Position numbers and translations under genes: made by a program. Source: a phage. Taken from it: DNA of 49,628 nt. The stretch lies in sequence record PZ721903.1; one strand, given 5' to 3'. Numbering within the stretch: position 1 is the stretch's first letter; the number at the start of each line of letters is the position of its first letter. Shown here in pieces: positions 27,329 through 36,715 of the stretch. A model generated the notes under the pieces. That model did no database searches. It saw nothing but the letters and a program-made list of their open reading frames with translations, and was not told where the DNA came from.

Positions 27329-29347
27329 GTGACAATGAACATTAAAAAGCAGATTGCATTACTTGGCGAGGACTATATAAAGCGAACTCAGGAGCGATTC
27401 ACTGTCGGTGAGGTTGTTCCTTATCCGTACCAGGTTGTTGCTTATGCTGAGATCGCGAAACGCCTATCAAATTACGAGCATCCATTCTTTGTTAAAGCGT
27501 CAGTATCTGCTGGTAAGACCATCATTTTTGCTATGGTTGCAAAGCAGTGTCAGAAAATGGGCTTAAAAATGCTCGTTCTGGCTCGCCAGGGTGAGATTGT
27601 CGATCAGGATAGCGAGGAGATTGACAACTTTGGGGTAACTAACTCCATATTCTCAGCCTCATTAGGTATTAAGTCCTGCTATTTTCCTATCGTGGTAGGC
27701 TCAGAGGGTACTGTTGCAAATGGCCTCGACAATGAGCTTGCTGATTTCGTCCCGCATGTAATTGGGATCGACGAATGTCACCAGGTGGATTGGGAAGACC
27801 TTGCGCAAGCCATTGAGGGCAAGGAAACAATGGAACAAATGAGGGGCGAGAAGGGAAAAATCATCATGGATGGAGATATTCCCCTGATTGGTAATGATGG
27901 AAAACCTTTGCTTGGGACTAAGCGCAGTCAGTACACAATCGTAATCATGGAAATGATGCGGCGCTGTAAAAAGGTTCACGGTCACGATCTCAGAATATTT
28001 GGTATGACTGGATCTGAATTTCGTGGCGTAGTTCCTATTCTGGTAGAGAATCCGAAAGCATTGGGATTCTGGCGTGAGCGAGTAACTGATATCGACACAA
28101 ACTATCTGATTGAGTTCGGTTCTGTTGTGCCGACAATATTCGGTTCAACAGACGGAGTTCATTACGATCTGGATAAGTTCAAGGCGTCGAGCGAGGACGG
28201 AGTGCAGGACTTTACAGAGAAAGACATGAAGGCTATGGAAGATGAGATCCTTCATGATAAATCTCTTACTCAGCGAATCATGCAAATGGTTGCCAAAAAG
28301 GCTGAAGAGCGTAACGCGGTACTGATTACATGTGCTGGTGTGCGCCACTGCAAAGAGGCAGCGGCAGCACTTCCTCCGGGAAGCACCTATGCAATTATTA
28401 CTGGCGACACAGACAACAAAACGCGCAAGAAGATTCTGGACGATGTAAGGGCCGGAAAAATTAAATACACCTTTCAGGTAATGGCGCTCACTACTGGTGT
28501 TAACGTTCCAAATTGGGATTTCAGTGTCATACTCCGCAAAATAGGGTCGCTCACACTGTTGATTCAACTTTTGGGTAGGGGTATGCGTCTGCTTAAATCC
28601 TGGCAGGTTGCTGAGGGAATGGTTAAGCAGGACCATCTGGTATGGGATTTCGCAGGTACGATGGATGAGTTGGGCCAGCTTTATTTCGATCCGATACTTG
28701 AGCAGGCGCAATTCCAAAAGCGTTTTGAAAACGGCAAAGATCCGAAAACATGTCCGAAATGCGGTTGCGTAAATAGCTTCTATGCTCGACGATGCGTTAA
28801 TGTCATTGATGGTGAACGTTGTGATCATTTCTGGACTTCTCAGGTTTGTGAGGACCAGGTTGACGAGCGCACCGGAAAAATCCTTGTTAAAGGATGCGGC
28901 GCAGAGAATGACGTTGTGGCCAGAGTCTGTCGTTGCTGTGATGTTTCGCTTGTCGATCCTAACCTGAAGTTATCCGGTAAGGCGTACACTAAGAATGACT
29001 GGTATGAAGTAAAGAATTTTGAGGTTACGCTAACCAAAAACCAGAAAGGCATAATATACAAATACACTCTTATTAACGATGATGGTGATGAGTTCAAGGC
29101 GTATGAAAAATTCTTCCCCGAGTCTGACTCTAAGATTTGCGGTACGCTATGGAAAACTAAAGGTGTATTGCCACACGTATCGGATCCTAAAATGCGCCGA
29201 TACTTTATCGGAATGAAGAACGCCATCAAGATTTTGCAATACTCACATCATATTGCTCACCCGGTGCGCGTAACTCATCGTCGCAACCAGAAGAAAGAAG
29301 ATATTATCTCACGAAAAGACTTTGGTATGGAGGATATCCCGGAATGA
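27329..29347 (+). CDS. SF2 DNA helicase with C-terminal zinc-finger region
   Basis: Walker A SAGKT, DEAH-like IDECH box, Cys clusters CPKCGC...C..C near the C-terminus; GTG start 27329 (RBS aagga). Confidence 0.75.
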   Translation: MTMNIKKQIALLGEDYIKRTQERFTVGEVVPYPYQVVAYAEIAKRLSNYEHPFFVKASVSAGKTIIFAMVAKQCQKMGLKMLVLARQGEIVDQDSEEIDNFGVTNSIFSASLGIKSCYFPIVVGSEGTVANGLDNELADFVPHVIGIDECHQVDWEDLAQAIEGKETMEQMRGEKGKIIMDGDIPLIGNDGKPLLGTKRSQYTIVIMEMMRRCKKVHGHDLRIFGMTGSEFRGVVPILVENPKALGFWRERVTDIDTNYLIEFGSVVPTIFGSTDGVHYDLDKFKASSEDGVQDFTEKDMKAMEDEILHDKSLTQRIMQMVAKKAEERNAVLITCAGVRHCKEAAAALPPGSTYAIITGDTDNKTRKKILDDVRAGKIKYTFQVMALTTGVNVPNWDFSVILRKIGSLTLLIQLLGRGMRLLKSWQVAEGMVKQDHLVWDFAGTMDELGQLYFDPILEQAQFQKRFENGKDPKTCPKCGCVNSFYARRCVNVIDGERCDHFWTSQVCEDQVDERTGKILVKGCGAENDVVARVCRCCDVSLVDPNLKLSGKAYTKNDWYEVKNFEVTLTKNQKGIIYKYTLINDDGDEFKAYEKFFPESDSKICGTLWKTKGVLPHVSDPKMRRYFIGMKNAIKILQYSHHIAHPVRVTHRRNQKKEDIISRKDFGMEDIPE

Positions 29348-29760
29348 TTACAGACAAAGGTGATTATTTAGAATTTTACGAGAGAGATCCAAGCGACACT
29401 CGAAAGGAGGACGCTCATCAGGTGGATTGTGTATCCTGGCTGAAATACAATTTTCCTCACCTTCTATTTTGGCACACTGTCAATGAAGGTGAAAAAACAA
29501 TCACATCGGCGCTCAGGGATGAGCAGGCCGGATTACTTAAAGGCGTGTCAGACTTCGTTATCCTGATTGGTGTTAACTCACGATACCCGTTTGCAGCAAT
29601 CGAACTTAAGCGGGTTAATAAGTCAGGCAAAGGAAAGGCGTCACCAGTCAGCGACAAGCAAAGGGAATTTCTCCAAAAGGTCCGGGAGCGTGGCGGCTTC
29701 TCTGCCGTCGCATACGGATTCGGGCAATTCAAGATCGCAATTTACGAAATGATGAAATAG
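29344..29760 (+). CDS. VRR-NUC-like nuclease (putative)
   Basis: 138 aa; DFVIL...ELK...Q motif pattern consistent with a PD-(D/E)xK VRR-NUC domain. Confidence 0.5.
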   Translation: MITDKGDYLEFYERDPSDTRKEDAHQVDCVSWLKYNFPHLLFWHTVNEGEKTITSALRDEQAGLLKGVSDFVILIGVNSRYPFAAIELKRVNKSGKGKASPVSDKQREFLQKVRERGGFSAVAYGFGQFKIAIYEMMK

Positions 29761-29776
29761 CACTTTTTGTTAAAAC
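29757..29776 (+). promoter_or_regulatory. palindromic box upstream of the Dam gene
   Basis: atagcactttttgttaaaac containing the TAG stop of the upstream gene; hairpin, attat, RBS gagagga follow. Confidence 0.6.
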
Positions 29777-29827
29777 TGCCGGGATGGAATCTGGCATTAT
29801 TATCTCACCAAAACGAGAGGAATAAAA

Positions 29828-30541
29828 ATGAAAGACTTTAATGATATCGAAACTATCGACTTTGCAGAAACTGGTTGCTCATTCACTCGCGAAGCAATAG
29901 CATCAGGCGGTTATTATCAGGCATTGAAAACGCCAACCTGCAAAGAGATTTCAGGGCGTCGATACAAGGGGACAAATACCCCTGACGCTGTTCGTGATTT
30001 ATGGTCAACCCCGCGCGAGGTTATCGCATACCTTGAGGGTCGTTACGGAAAATATGATCTAGACGCTGCGGCAAGCGAAGAAAATAAAGTTTGCGAGAAG
30101 TTTTATTCCCAGGAAACAAACTGCTTAAAACGTTGGTGGGGTAAAAATAAGCACGTATGGTTAAATCCTCCTTATAGTCGACCTGATATATTCGTCAAGA
30201 AGGCGATCGAGCAAATGGAGCACAACAATCAGATTGATATTCTGTTGCCTGCCGATAATTCCACAGCGTGGTTTACTGAGGCGAGACAGAACGCGGCTGA
30301 GATTATCTGGATTGAAGCTGACTTGACTGAAGATATCGACGGTAACGAGTACGCCAGATCTGGTCGCCTGGCTTTCATATCCGGTGAAACTGGAAAGGCG
30401 GTTGACGGCAATAACAAGGGTTCGGTAATTTTCATAATGCGCGAACTTAAAGAGGGTGAGACACAGCAAACTCACTATATCCCAATCACAAGCATTTGCC
30501 CTTCGGTGAAAAACAAGCGCGCAAAAGTGAGGAAAGTATGA
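29828..30541 (+). CDS. dam: DNA N6-adenine methyltransferase (phage Dam-like)
   Basis: Catalytic NPPY motif (WLNPPYS) and DLDAAAS region typical of phage N6-adenine methyltransferases. Confidence 0.75.
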   Translation: MKDFNDIETIDFAETGCSFTREAIASGGYYQALKTPTCKEISGRRYKGTNTPDAVRDLWSTPREVIAYLEGRYGKYDLDAAASEENKVCEKFYSQETNCLKRWWGKNKHVWLNPPYSRPDIFVKKAIEQMEHNNQIDILLPADNSTAWFTEARQNAAEIIWIEADLTEDIDGNEYARSGRLAFISGETGKAVDGNNKGSVIFIMRELKEGETQQTHYIPITSICPSVKNKRAKVRKV

Positions 30542-30789
30542 TGAACGAGAAAATGATTCCGGTTAAGTTAACTGATCAAGGTTTATGGCTGCTTTATCGA
30601 GCTACCTGCTGCGAAATCATGGAACAAAACGGATTGACGCAGGATGTTATTGGTTGCGATCTGTGGGAGTTCACTAGCTCTCTTGATATGTCTTTCGATG
30701 AGATAAAAAATGAATACATAGAGAATTGGCCTTCAATCATACAGAGAGACGTAGAGGAACTTAAAGCTGATATGATCGTTCAGCACTAA
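30538..30789 (+). CDS. hypothetical protein
   Basis: ATGA overlap with the Dam stop; RBS gaggaaagt; stop inside a palindromic box copy. Confidence 0.5.
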   Translation: MMNEKMIPVKLTDQGLWLLYRATCCEIMEQNGLTQDVIGCDLWEFTSSLDMSFDEIKNEYIENWPSIIQRDVEELKADMIVQH

Positions 30790-30800
30790 TTGCTAAAACT
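30783..30800 (+). promoter_or_regulatory. palindromic box copy (variant) + TATAGT
   Basis: agcactaattgctaaaac with TAA stop inside; hairpin cccggcgaaagtcggg then tatagt. Confidence 0.55.
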
Positions 30801-30855
30801 ACCCGGCGAAAGTCGGGTATAGTTATTTCATCGAGACGAAATGAGGAATCAAAAG

Positions 30856-31065
30856 ATGGCACGCATTAACGCAAACTTTTTCAATATCGCTCAACAGTCC
30901 GCAAAAATGGCTGTTCATATCACTGACAAGAAAGGCGGCAACTTTGATTGGGATATTGCTATGAACTTCCTTAAAATGGCTTATTACCTCTGCTCAGTCA
31001 AAGATGTTGAGTGTTTTATTGAAAGCGTGGAGAAACCAACCAATGCTGATAAAAAAACAAGGTAA
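30856..31065 (+). CDS. hypothetical protein
   Basis: Preceded by a full cassette (box, hairpin, TATAGT, CATCGAGACGA, RBS gagga). Confidence 0.5.
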   Translation: MARINANFFNIAQQSAKMAVHITDKKGGNFDWDIAMNFLKMAYYLCSVKDVECFIESVEKPTNADKKTR

Positions 31066-31315
31066 ACGAGAGGTTTGGGATCACGCGAAGGAGTGCGGAA
31101 TCTCAGACGATATAGCACTAATAGCAAAATATTTCGATATAAAGGATGTTAGCATCATCTCAAACGGAAAGATTTCATTTATGGAAGATATGCCGAGAAA
31201 AATGCATAGAGTGCCAGCCACCCCATCACTTGAATTTTATCGTGAAGAAGGAAAGAGAATTGAGCGAGAACGAAAAACAGCAAAGAACAACAAGTCTTCC
31301 AGGCTTAAACATTAA
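31043..31315 (+). CDS. hypothetical protein
   Basis: ORF with ATG 31043 behind ggag; overlaps neighbours, boundaries uncertain. Confidence 0.35.
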   Translation: MLIKKQGKREVWDHAKECGISDDIALIAKYFDIKDVSIISNGKISFMEDMPRKMHRVPATPSLEFYREEGKRIERERKTAKNNKSSRLKH

Positions 31316-31547
31316 CGCAGAAGATTATCAGACTATCTGGATCGGAAAAAAGCAGGTTAAGAAAATCCCTTTCTCTGATTGGTTGCCTCCTGACTTCGTT
31401 AATGTGCTTTGCACCATCGGTATGGAACAGGAGTTGCATATAGGTTATTACTCACCAGGTAGAAACAGCATAATGCTTGAGGTTGATGGGAAACTTGTTG
31501 AGTTTAAATCTTCAGATCTCGGATTCTGGTTAAAGGCTGTGGCATGA
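31146..31547 (+). CDS. hypothetical protein (start uncertain)
   Basis: 133 aa ORF overlapping 31043..31315 in another frame; an alternative TTG start at 31260 behind aagga is possible. Confidence 0.3.
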   Translation: MLASSQTERFHLWKICREKCIECQPPHHLNFIVKKERELSENEKQQRTTSLPGLNINAEDYQTIWIGKKQVKKIPFSDWLPPDFVNVLCTIGMEQELHIGYYSPGRNSIMLEVDGKLVEFKSSDLGFWLKAVA

Positions 31548-31625
31548 ATCTTTATTTTGCTGTAGTATTAACACCGCTAATTTCATTTTTAGTAATGTAT
31601 TTCATTATCATGTAAGGATTAAAAT

Positions 31626-32777
31626 ATGTCACAAGCTAAAATCACTACCGAACAACTTGTCGAAGAGCGCATGAACGGCCTAACACTTCGCGAGATCGCG
31701 GAAAAGTACGGTATGCACATTCGAACTGTTGAAGCTCGCCACGCAAAGTTGGCAAAAGAAGGTCACTTCCACGGTAACGAGCATGTTGCTAAGAACGTAC
31801 CGGAAGGATTCATGGTAAAAGGCACATCAACGATGATTCGCGGCGATGGGACCGAGGTGGTGCGCTGGGTTAAGACCGATCAGGACCGTGAGAAGATTGC
31901 AGCAATGATGGAAGCGGCGCGTATTGCATTCTGTGAAGATCTGCCGCGAGCAAAGCCAACTGAGCTACTAACCTCACAAGGGCTTACTACAGCGATGGGT
32001 AAGCTGGCACTCTATCCGGTATTCGATCTTCATATTGGCGCGCTTGCTCATAAGCATGAATGCGGAGAGAACTATTCTACCGATGTAGCGGAAAAAGTGC
32101 TGAGTGACTTCTTTAATTACGCGATCGATATTGCTCCGAACGCAGAGAAGGCTGTTCTGTTAATCGGCGGTGACTTCCTGCACTCTGACGGACTTGATGC
32201 AGTTACTCCGGCAAGCGGCCACGTTCTTGATCAGGATTCACGATATGCTAAATTGGTGCATGTAGCGATTCGATCGGTGCGACGAGCTATAGACAAAATG
32301 CTGACGAAACACAAAGAGGTCGAAGTTCAGGTTATCGAAGGAAACCACGACCAGGCCGGGATGATTTGGTTACGCGCAGCAATGGCAGCATACTATGAAG
32401 ACGAGCCGCGAGTATTCGTTGACGTCAGTCCTATGATTCTGCATAAGACTCGTTGGGGAAATACCTTGTTGGGATACACTCACGGGCACACTATGAAAAA
32501 GGCAGACACGCGACTTGCAGCGATGGCAGCAGATTTCCGATCGGATTTCGGCGAGAGCAAGTATGTGTATACTCATAGCGGGCACTGGCATCACCAGACA
32601 ATCACTGAGCACTCGCTAGGTATTGATGAAGTACACGGTCAGTTAGGCGCGAAAGATGCATACGCAGCACGCGGAGGGTGGCGCTCATATCGCCAGGCGG
32701 CGGTAATTGTTTACGATAAGCAGTTTGGTGAAATCGGTCGATTCATCTATCGTCCAGAAATGACAGGATCGCACTAA
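31626..32777 (+). CDS. calcineurin-like metallophosphoesterase with N-terminal HTH
   Basis: Metallophosphatase motifs DLHIG, GGDFLH, GNHD, HGH, GHWH; N-terminal LTLREIAEKYGM helix-turn-helix-like segment. Confidence 0.7.
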   Translation: MSQAKITTEQLVEERMNGLTLREIAEKYGMHIRTVEARHAKLAKEGHFHGNEHVAKNVPEGFMVKGTSTMIRGDGTEVVRWVKTDQDREKIAAMMEAARIAFCEDLPRAKPTELLTSQGLTTAMGKLALYPVFDLHIGALAHKHECGENYSTDVAEKVLSDFFNYAIDIAPNAEKAVLLIGGDFLHSDGLDAVTPASGHVLDQDSRYAKLVHVAIRSVRRAIDKMLTKHKEVEVQVIEGNHDQAGMIWLRAAMAAYYEDEPRVFVDVSPMILHKTRWGNTLLGYTHGHTMKKADTRLAAMAADFRSDFGESKYVYTHSGHWHHQTITEHSLGIDEVHGQLGAKDAYAARGGWRSYRQAAVIVYDKQFGEIGRFIYRPEMTGSH

Positions 32778-32788
32778 TTGATAAAAAC
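32770..32788 (+). promoter_or_regulatory. palindromic box copy (degenerate) + TATAGT
   Basis: cgcactaattgataaaaac, hairpin cccgaagggattcggg, tatagt, CATCGAAAACaaagaggat. Confidence 0.45.
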
Positions 32789-32840
32789 GCCCGAAGGGAT
32801 TCGGGTATAGTAACCACATCGAAAACAAAGAGGATATATC

Positions 32841-33017
32841 ATGAAGCGAGTTAAGTGCATCCGAAATGACTCCAAAACACTTCCATTCCGCGTAAATCAG
32901 ATCTATAGTGTTGGTTATGATTTCGGTGGGGGATTATTTGAGATTTACGACGGGCGAGGTTCAGCAATTCAGGCTCCTCTGAACGGTAGCTATCTGGAAT
33001 TTATTGCGATAGATTAA
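32841..33017 (+). CDS. small hypothetical protein (58 aa)
   Basis: Below the 60-aa track cutoff; preceded by a complete cassette and RBS aagagga; followed by terminator 33039-33071. Confidence 0.4.
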   Translation: MKRVKCIRNDSKTLPFRVNQIYSVGYDFGGGLFEIYDGRGSAIQAPLNGSYLEFIAID

Positions 33018-33038
33018 CAATATCATTCATCACCTTAC

Positions 33039-33071
33039 AGGCTGGCATGATTTACATGCTAGCCTTTTTGC
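33039..33071 (+). terminator. terminator upstream of the lysis cassette
   Basis: aggctggcatg...catgctagcct stem followed by ttttt. Confidence 0.6.
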
Positions 33072-33135
33072 GTTGTATCAAGTAAATTTGAAGGTTAAAA
33101 TCGACTCACTTGTTCAAAAAATATATGGTGAGATT

Positions 33136-33351
33136 ATGAAAGAATTTTTAACAGCAGCTACGTCAAGCACGGGCGGTGCTTCATTAGTCGGGGCCGCTAC
33201 CGGGCAACTTTATATTGCTGGCGCTACATTCATTTGCTTTCTGCTTTTTGGTGCCTGGGGTGCATACTGGAAGTATCGTGATAGTAAGGCAATTCAGGAA
33301 GCGTTAAACGATGGCGATCTAAATAAGGCGCTTAAGATCAGGGGGAGATAA
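33136..33351 (+). CDS. holin (possible pinholin)
   Basis: 71 aa with hydrophobic core [21 protein letters not shown] and charged C-terminus; directly upstream of the SAR endolysin with ATGA overlap; start ATG 33136 rather than the TTG at 33073. Confidence 0.6.
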   Translation: MKEFLTAATSSTGGASLVGAATGQLYIAGATFICFLLFGAWGAYWKYRDSKAIQEALNDGDLNKALKIRGR

Positions 33352-33839
33352 TGAGCTTAAAAAATAACGTTATAGGCGCATCGATCGGGGCTGCTTTGAC
33401 GTTGACACCCACCCTACTGGAACGAATCGAAGGTATAGAATACGAGGTGTATTACGATATAGCCGGAGTCCCTACCGTATGCAGCGGAATAACCGGGCCG
33501 GACGTCATACCTGGTAAGAAATACACTAAGCGAGAATGCGATGCATTGCTGATAAAACATATCGGCGTCGCTCAGCGATACGTTGACAAAAAGGTGAATG
33601 TTGATATTCCGGTAACGATGCGCGCGTCACTGTACAGCTTCACTTTCAACGTTGGAACTGGCGCGTTCGGATCTTCTACAATGCTTAAGCTAATAAATCA
33701 GAGTAAGCACAAGGAAGCGTGCAATCAGTTATGGCGATGGGTATACTACTACAACCCAAAAACCAAAAAGCGAGAAGTGTCTAGAGGACTCAAGAACCGA
33801 CGCGCTGAAGAATACGCGTATTGCGTTAAGGAATTATGA
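33351..33839 (+). CDS. SAR endolysin (T4 lysozyme-like, GH24)
   Basis: N-terminal signal-anchor-release-like segment [17 protein letters not shown] followed by the E...D...T catalytic region ([26 protein letters not shown]). Confidence 0.8.
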   Translation: MSLKNNVIGASIGAALTLTPTLLERIEGIEYEVYYDIAGVPTVCSGITGPDVIPGKKYTKRECDALLIKHIGVAQRYVDKKVNVDIPVTMRASLYSFTFNVGTGAFGSSTMLKLINQSKHKEACNQLWRWVYYYNPKTKKREVSRGLKNRRAEEYAYCVKEL

Positions 33840-34240
33840 TGAAACTGAAGAAAACGTGCATTGCGATTACAGTGGCTGTTGGTGTTATTTCTCTATCCGG
33901 TTGCTCTACGGCATCTGCCCTGAGCGGTTTAATCGGATCTAAACCGGAAGTTACAGCACAAATCGGAGAGGAGAACACAAAGCAATTAGCAGGAGTAACC
34001 GCAAAATCCGAAGATAAGCGAGATGTTAAAGTTGAGAAGTCCAATGTAGGAAAGATTGACTCTTCCTTGAAGAAGTCAATTGAAGTGTCAACCATTAAGG
34101 CTAACACGGTTAACGCTGAAAGCATCACAATAACAAAGCCAGAAAACTGGTACGATGCAATTGTAGGATGGACTCTCGTTTTCATTGGCCTATTGCTGGT
34201 TTATTTTTCAATTCGTAAGGACGAAAAAAAAGGAGGCTAA
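33836..34240 (+). CDS. unimolecular spanin (lipoprotein with C-terminal TMD)
   Basis: Lipobox ISLSGCS at the N-terminus and C-terminal [25 protein letters not shown], the architecture of T1 gp11-type u-spanins. Confidence 0.7.
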   Translation: MMKLKKTCIAITVAVGVISLSGCSTASALSGLIGSKPEVTAQIGEENTKQLAGVTAKSEDKRDVKVEKSNVGKIDSSLKKSIEVSTIKANTVNAESITITKPENWYDAIVGWTLVFIGLLLVYFSIRKDEKKGG

Positions 34241-34256
34241 GCCTCCTTTTCTTTTA
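34223..34256. terminator. bidirectional terminator between spanin (+) and leftward early operon (-)
   Basis: aaaaaaaaggaggctaagcctccttttctttt: stem aggaggc/gcctcct with an A-run and a T-run; the spanin stop TAA sits in the loop. Confidence 0.65.
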
Positions 34257-34472
34257 TGCATCTGCCCACATGTAACTCTCGTTAGTGAGTTTTGCATATT
34301 CTCGAACTTCAAACTCGCAAGTGTCACCGTACATCTCAGCAACCTTCTTCTCGTTAGCTACCGCTGATTCTTCGGTCCACCCATCAGCTTTACTGTAAAG
34401 AGTAGGAATCTCACTGCTAGTACCGTTTGAGTGATTGTAAACGCGAACTACTAAAAATTTGTTAGCCGTGAT
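34254..34472 (-). CDS. hypothetical protein lacking a canonical start codon
   Basis: Open frame of about 72 codons downstream of a complete leftward cassette and RBS gaagga; the codon at start position is ATC (34472-34470); no ATG/GTG/TTG in frame until 20 codons before the stop. Confidence 0.3.
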   Translation of the reverse strand: MTANKFLVVRVYNHSNGTSSEIPTLYSKADGWTEESAVANEKKVAEMYGDTCEFEVREYAKLTNESYMWADA

Positions 34473-34531
34473 GTTTTCCTTCAGGTCGTTTCGTTTCGAT
34501 GAAACAAATATACCCGATGCGAGATCGGGTG

Positions 34532-34550
34532 TTTTAACAAAAAGTGCTAT
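34532..34550 (-). promoter_or_regulatory. palindromic box copy, leftward cassette
   Basis: ttttaacaaaaagtgctat on +; on the - strand followed by a hairpin, tatatt and CATCGAAACGAAACGA. Confidence 0.6.
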
Positions 34551-34658
34551 TTGTACCTTTTTACGTGAAGGAGTAACCCCCCCTCCTTGTCGCAAAGATT
34601 ATGCTCGCTTTCGTTACTGGCCCTCATTGAAGTGAGTAACAGACTCAACAACCCTTGC

Positions 34659-35066
34659 TCAAATTCTTCTTTCGTAAGCTGGAGCCTTGCGCACAATTCG
34701 ACGTTCCGATCTATCAATGTTTCTACGTTCGCCAAACAAATCTTCATCACTCATCTCTCCAATGTGCATCATTTCCCACGTATACCGATTGTTGTAGCCA
34801 TCAATACACATCAGCTTCATCATTACCGGGCGCTTAATCTTTCCCTTGCACCAGTAAACTCCATCCTTGCGATCTAAGTAACCCTCAGTCACGCAACGAG
34901 CGCAAAACTCCTTAGATAGCGCGCTTGTAAATTCACGGCGAGTCATTCCAGCAGCCTTAGCAAATCGCTCACTTTCCTTGTGGGCGTATATAAATTTCGC
35001 TATGTGCTGTCGAGTGTATTTGTCGTAACCTTCGCAGAATATGAACAGATCTAGAAGAAGCAGCAT
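34659..35066 (-). CDS. hypothetical protein
   Basis: 135 aa ORF in the leftward early operon. Confidence 0.5.
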   Translation of the reverse strand: MLLLLDLFIFCEGYDKYTRQHIAKFIYAHKESERFAKAAGMTRREFTSALSKEFCARCVTEGYLDRKDGVYWCKGKIKRPVMMKLMCIDGYNNRYTWEMMHIGEMSDEDLFGERRNIDRSERRIVRKAPAYERRI

Positions 35067-35070
35067 ATCA

Positions 35071-36639
35071 TTAACCCATCAGCCGAGGATTAATGAAAAC
35101 AATATCATCAATCCGGCAAGTGTAGTTCATCTCTTCGAGCGTGATAAGAAGACTATCGATTCGCTCAGATACTTTCTGTTGACCGTTGAAAGGCGTAACG
35201 TTCCGGCACTTTGCAACGATGCTATGAATAGGTGCGCGGCCTTTGTTTTTCTTCGCGATCTCAGTGATAACATCAATCAGCTTACGAGATTCAGCCTCAT
35301 CACCAGCATACCCGGCAGCGCTGGCAGACGACAGATAAGTCCTGGAAAGCTCATTGAAGATCATGATTGCTTCCTGCATTGTTTCAAGGTCAATCTCACG
35401 GTTGGAACGGTTCGGTGATTCACCCTCCCAATTCTTGATCGTGTGGAGAACTGAAGCAATACGCAAGGCGTGCTTATCGAACTTGCCGAGATGACCGCGT
35501 AGCATTGAGTGAGAGTATTTCCCACCTGCGGCGAAATCCGGTTCCATCGCCTGACGCGCAAGGTTTAATTCACGCATAGCATTACGGCTTACAGAGAGAA
35601 CAACGTTTTCCTCCTTCATGATGTTGTGAACGAGTCTGTAATATTTGCTAACCAGTCCTCGATCGACTTCTTTATACAATGCATCACCATTTTCATCACA
35701 AAGAATACGAGTACCTAAAAGCGGTTCCTCGCGAACTAACAGGAAGCGCTCAGATACACCGATACCTCGTTGGCCTGCGTCCATGATACCTTTGATTGTT
35801 TCATCCTGCGCAATTACGCAGATCGAGCCAACCGGGCAAAGAGACAAGTTGTTGTCCTGATTGGAGCGAGCGACCTCCATATGGTTTTTATCCCACGCCT
35901 TAAGAATAAGCTCACTGTTAGATTTCTTATCTGAACCTCCATACGTAAGACCGAGCAATGTATTGATTGCCGTTGCCTCATCAGAAATTACGGAAAAGTG
36001 GCCCTGAACAGCGGCTACTTTCGCAAGACCTTCAGGTGTAGGATCTGATACAGCAAAAACAATATCAGCCATCTTTTTGATCTTCTCTTCCAGTTTTTCT
36101 TTGTCCTCGTATAGTGCCGCAGTCGTGTTTCCTTTAGGATCATTCTTGATTTCCTTCTCAACCTGGCGTAGCTGACTGGTTAAACGAATACGTTCCTTTT
36201 TGCGCTCTTCATTCAGTCGCTGAATCTCCGCACGCATAGGTGTAATCGCCGCTGAGTTAATCGCGGACTTACCTGTTGATGGTGGCTGGCTGATTACCAT
36301 GTAAAGCGCGGTCGGCTGTTCCTCTCCGTGATATTGCACCCAAAACTTCCCGAGCATCGCGGCTGAGATGCAACCTATAAAATGAGCATACGCGGATGAA
36401 ACCGGGAACTGGACTGATTCAGCTTTTGCTTTTGCATATTCGAATACCAGGTTATCGCCACCTAACGAAATCAGAGGGAACTTATCGTTGCCGCTATTGA
36501 TATCGATCGGATCTTGCCAAAATGAAACTGAGTCACCATAGCTGTTTTCACGAATTGCGATCGCCACCGGATTAACTCCAGTGCTATTGGCGATCTCAAT
36601 AATCTGTTGGTAATTCAGTTTTGGCTTAATATTAAACAT
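35071..36639 (-). CDS. P-loop NTPase (putative replication-associated ATPase/helicase)
   Basis: Start at MFNIKPK behind RBS aaggag; Walker A-like SQPPSTGKS; 522 aa. Confidence 0.45.
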   Translation of the reverse strand: MFNIKPKLNYQQIIEIANSTGVNPVAIAIRENSYGDSVSFWQDPIDINSGNDKFPLISLGGDNLVFEYAKAKAESVQFPVSSAYAHFIGCISAAMLGKFWVQYHGEEQPTALYMVISQPPSTGKSAINSAAITPMRAEIQRLNEERKKERIRLTSQLRQVEKEIKNDPKGNTTAALYEDKEKLEEKIKKMADIVFAVSDPTPEGLAKVAAVQGHFSVISDEATAINTLLGLTYGGSDKKSNSELILKAWDKNHMEVARSNQDNNLSLCPVGSICVIAQDETIKGIMDAGQRGIGVSERFLLVREEPLLGTRILCDENGDALYKEVDRGLVSKYYRLVHNIMKEENVVLSVSRNAMRELNLARQAMEPDFAAGGKYSHSMLRGHLGKFDKHALRIASVLHTIKNWEGESPNRSNREIDLETMQEAIMIFNELSRTYLSSASAAGYAGDEAESRKLIDVITEIAKKNKGRAPIHSIVAKCRNVTPFNGQQKVSERIDSLLITLEEMNYTCRIDDIVFINPRLMG

Positions 36640-36694
36640 CACAATAAACTCCTTGGTTGACGGTGTAAATGATACACCGCCAATGGTACACGCG

Positions 36695-36712
36695 TTTTGC
36701 AAAAAGTGCTAT
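36695..36712 (-). promoter_or_regulatory. palindromic box copy, leftward
   Basis: ttttgcaaaaagtgctat; overlaps the stop of 36716..37132 and precedes the P-loop gene. Confidence 0.55.
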
Positions 36713-36715
36713 TGG

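Noticed and set aside
28145-28828. 227-aa ORF on the - strand inside the helicase gene
   Set aside because: Fully antisense to a motif-supported helicase ORF, no RBS, and Cys/His/Arg-rich composition typical of antisense frames.
33073-33135. TTG start at 33073 for the holin ORF
   Set aside because: No RBS and it would add a 21-aa hydrophilic extension; ATG 33136 behind ggtgag is preferred.
34473-34595. N-terminal 41 codons of track ORF 34254..34595 (TTG start, MRQGGGVTPSRKK...)
   Set aside because: This segment is the translation of the promoter cassette itself (box, hairpin, -10, leader box) and so is unlikely to be coding.
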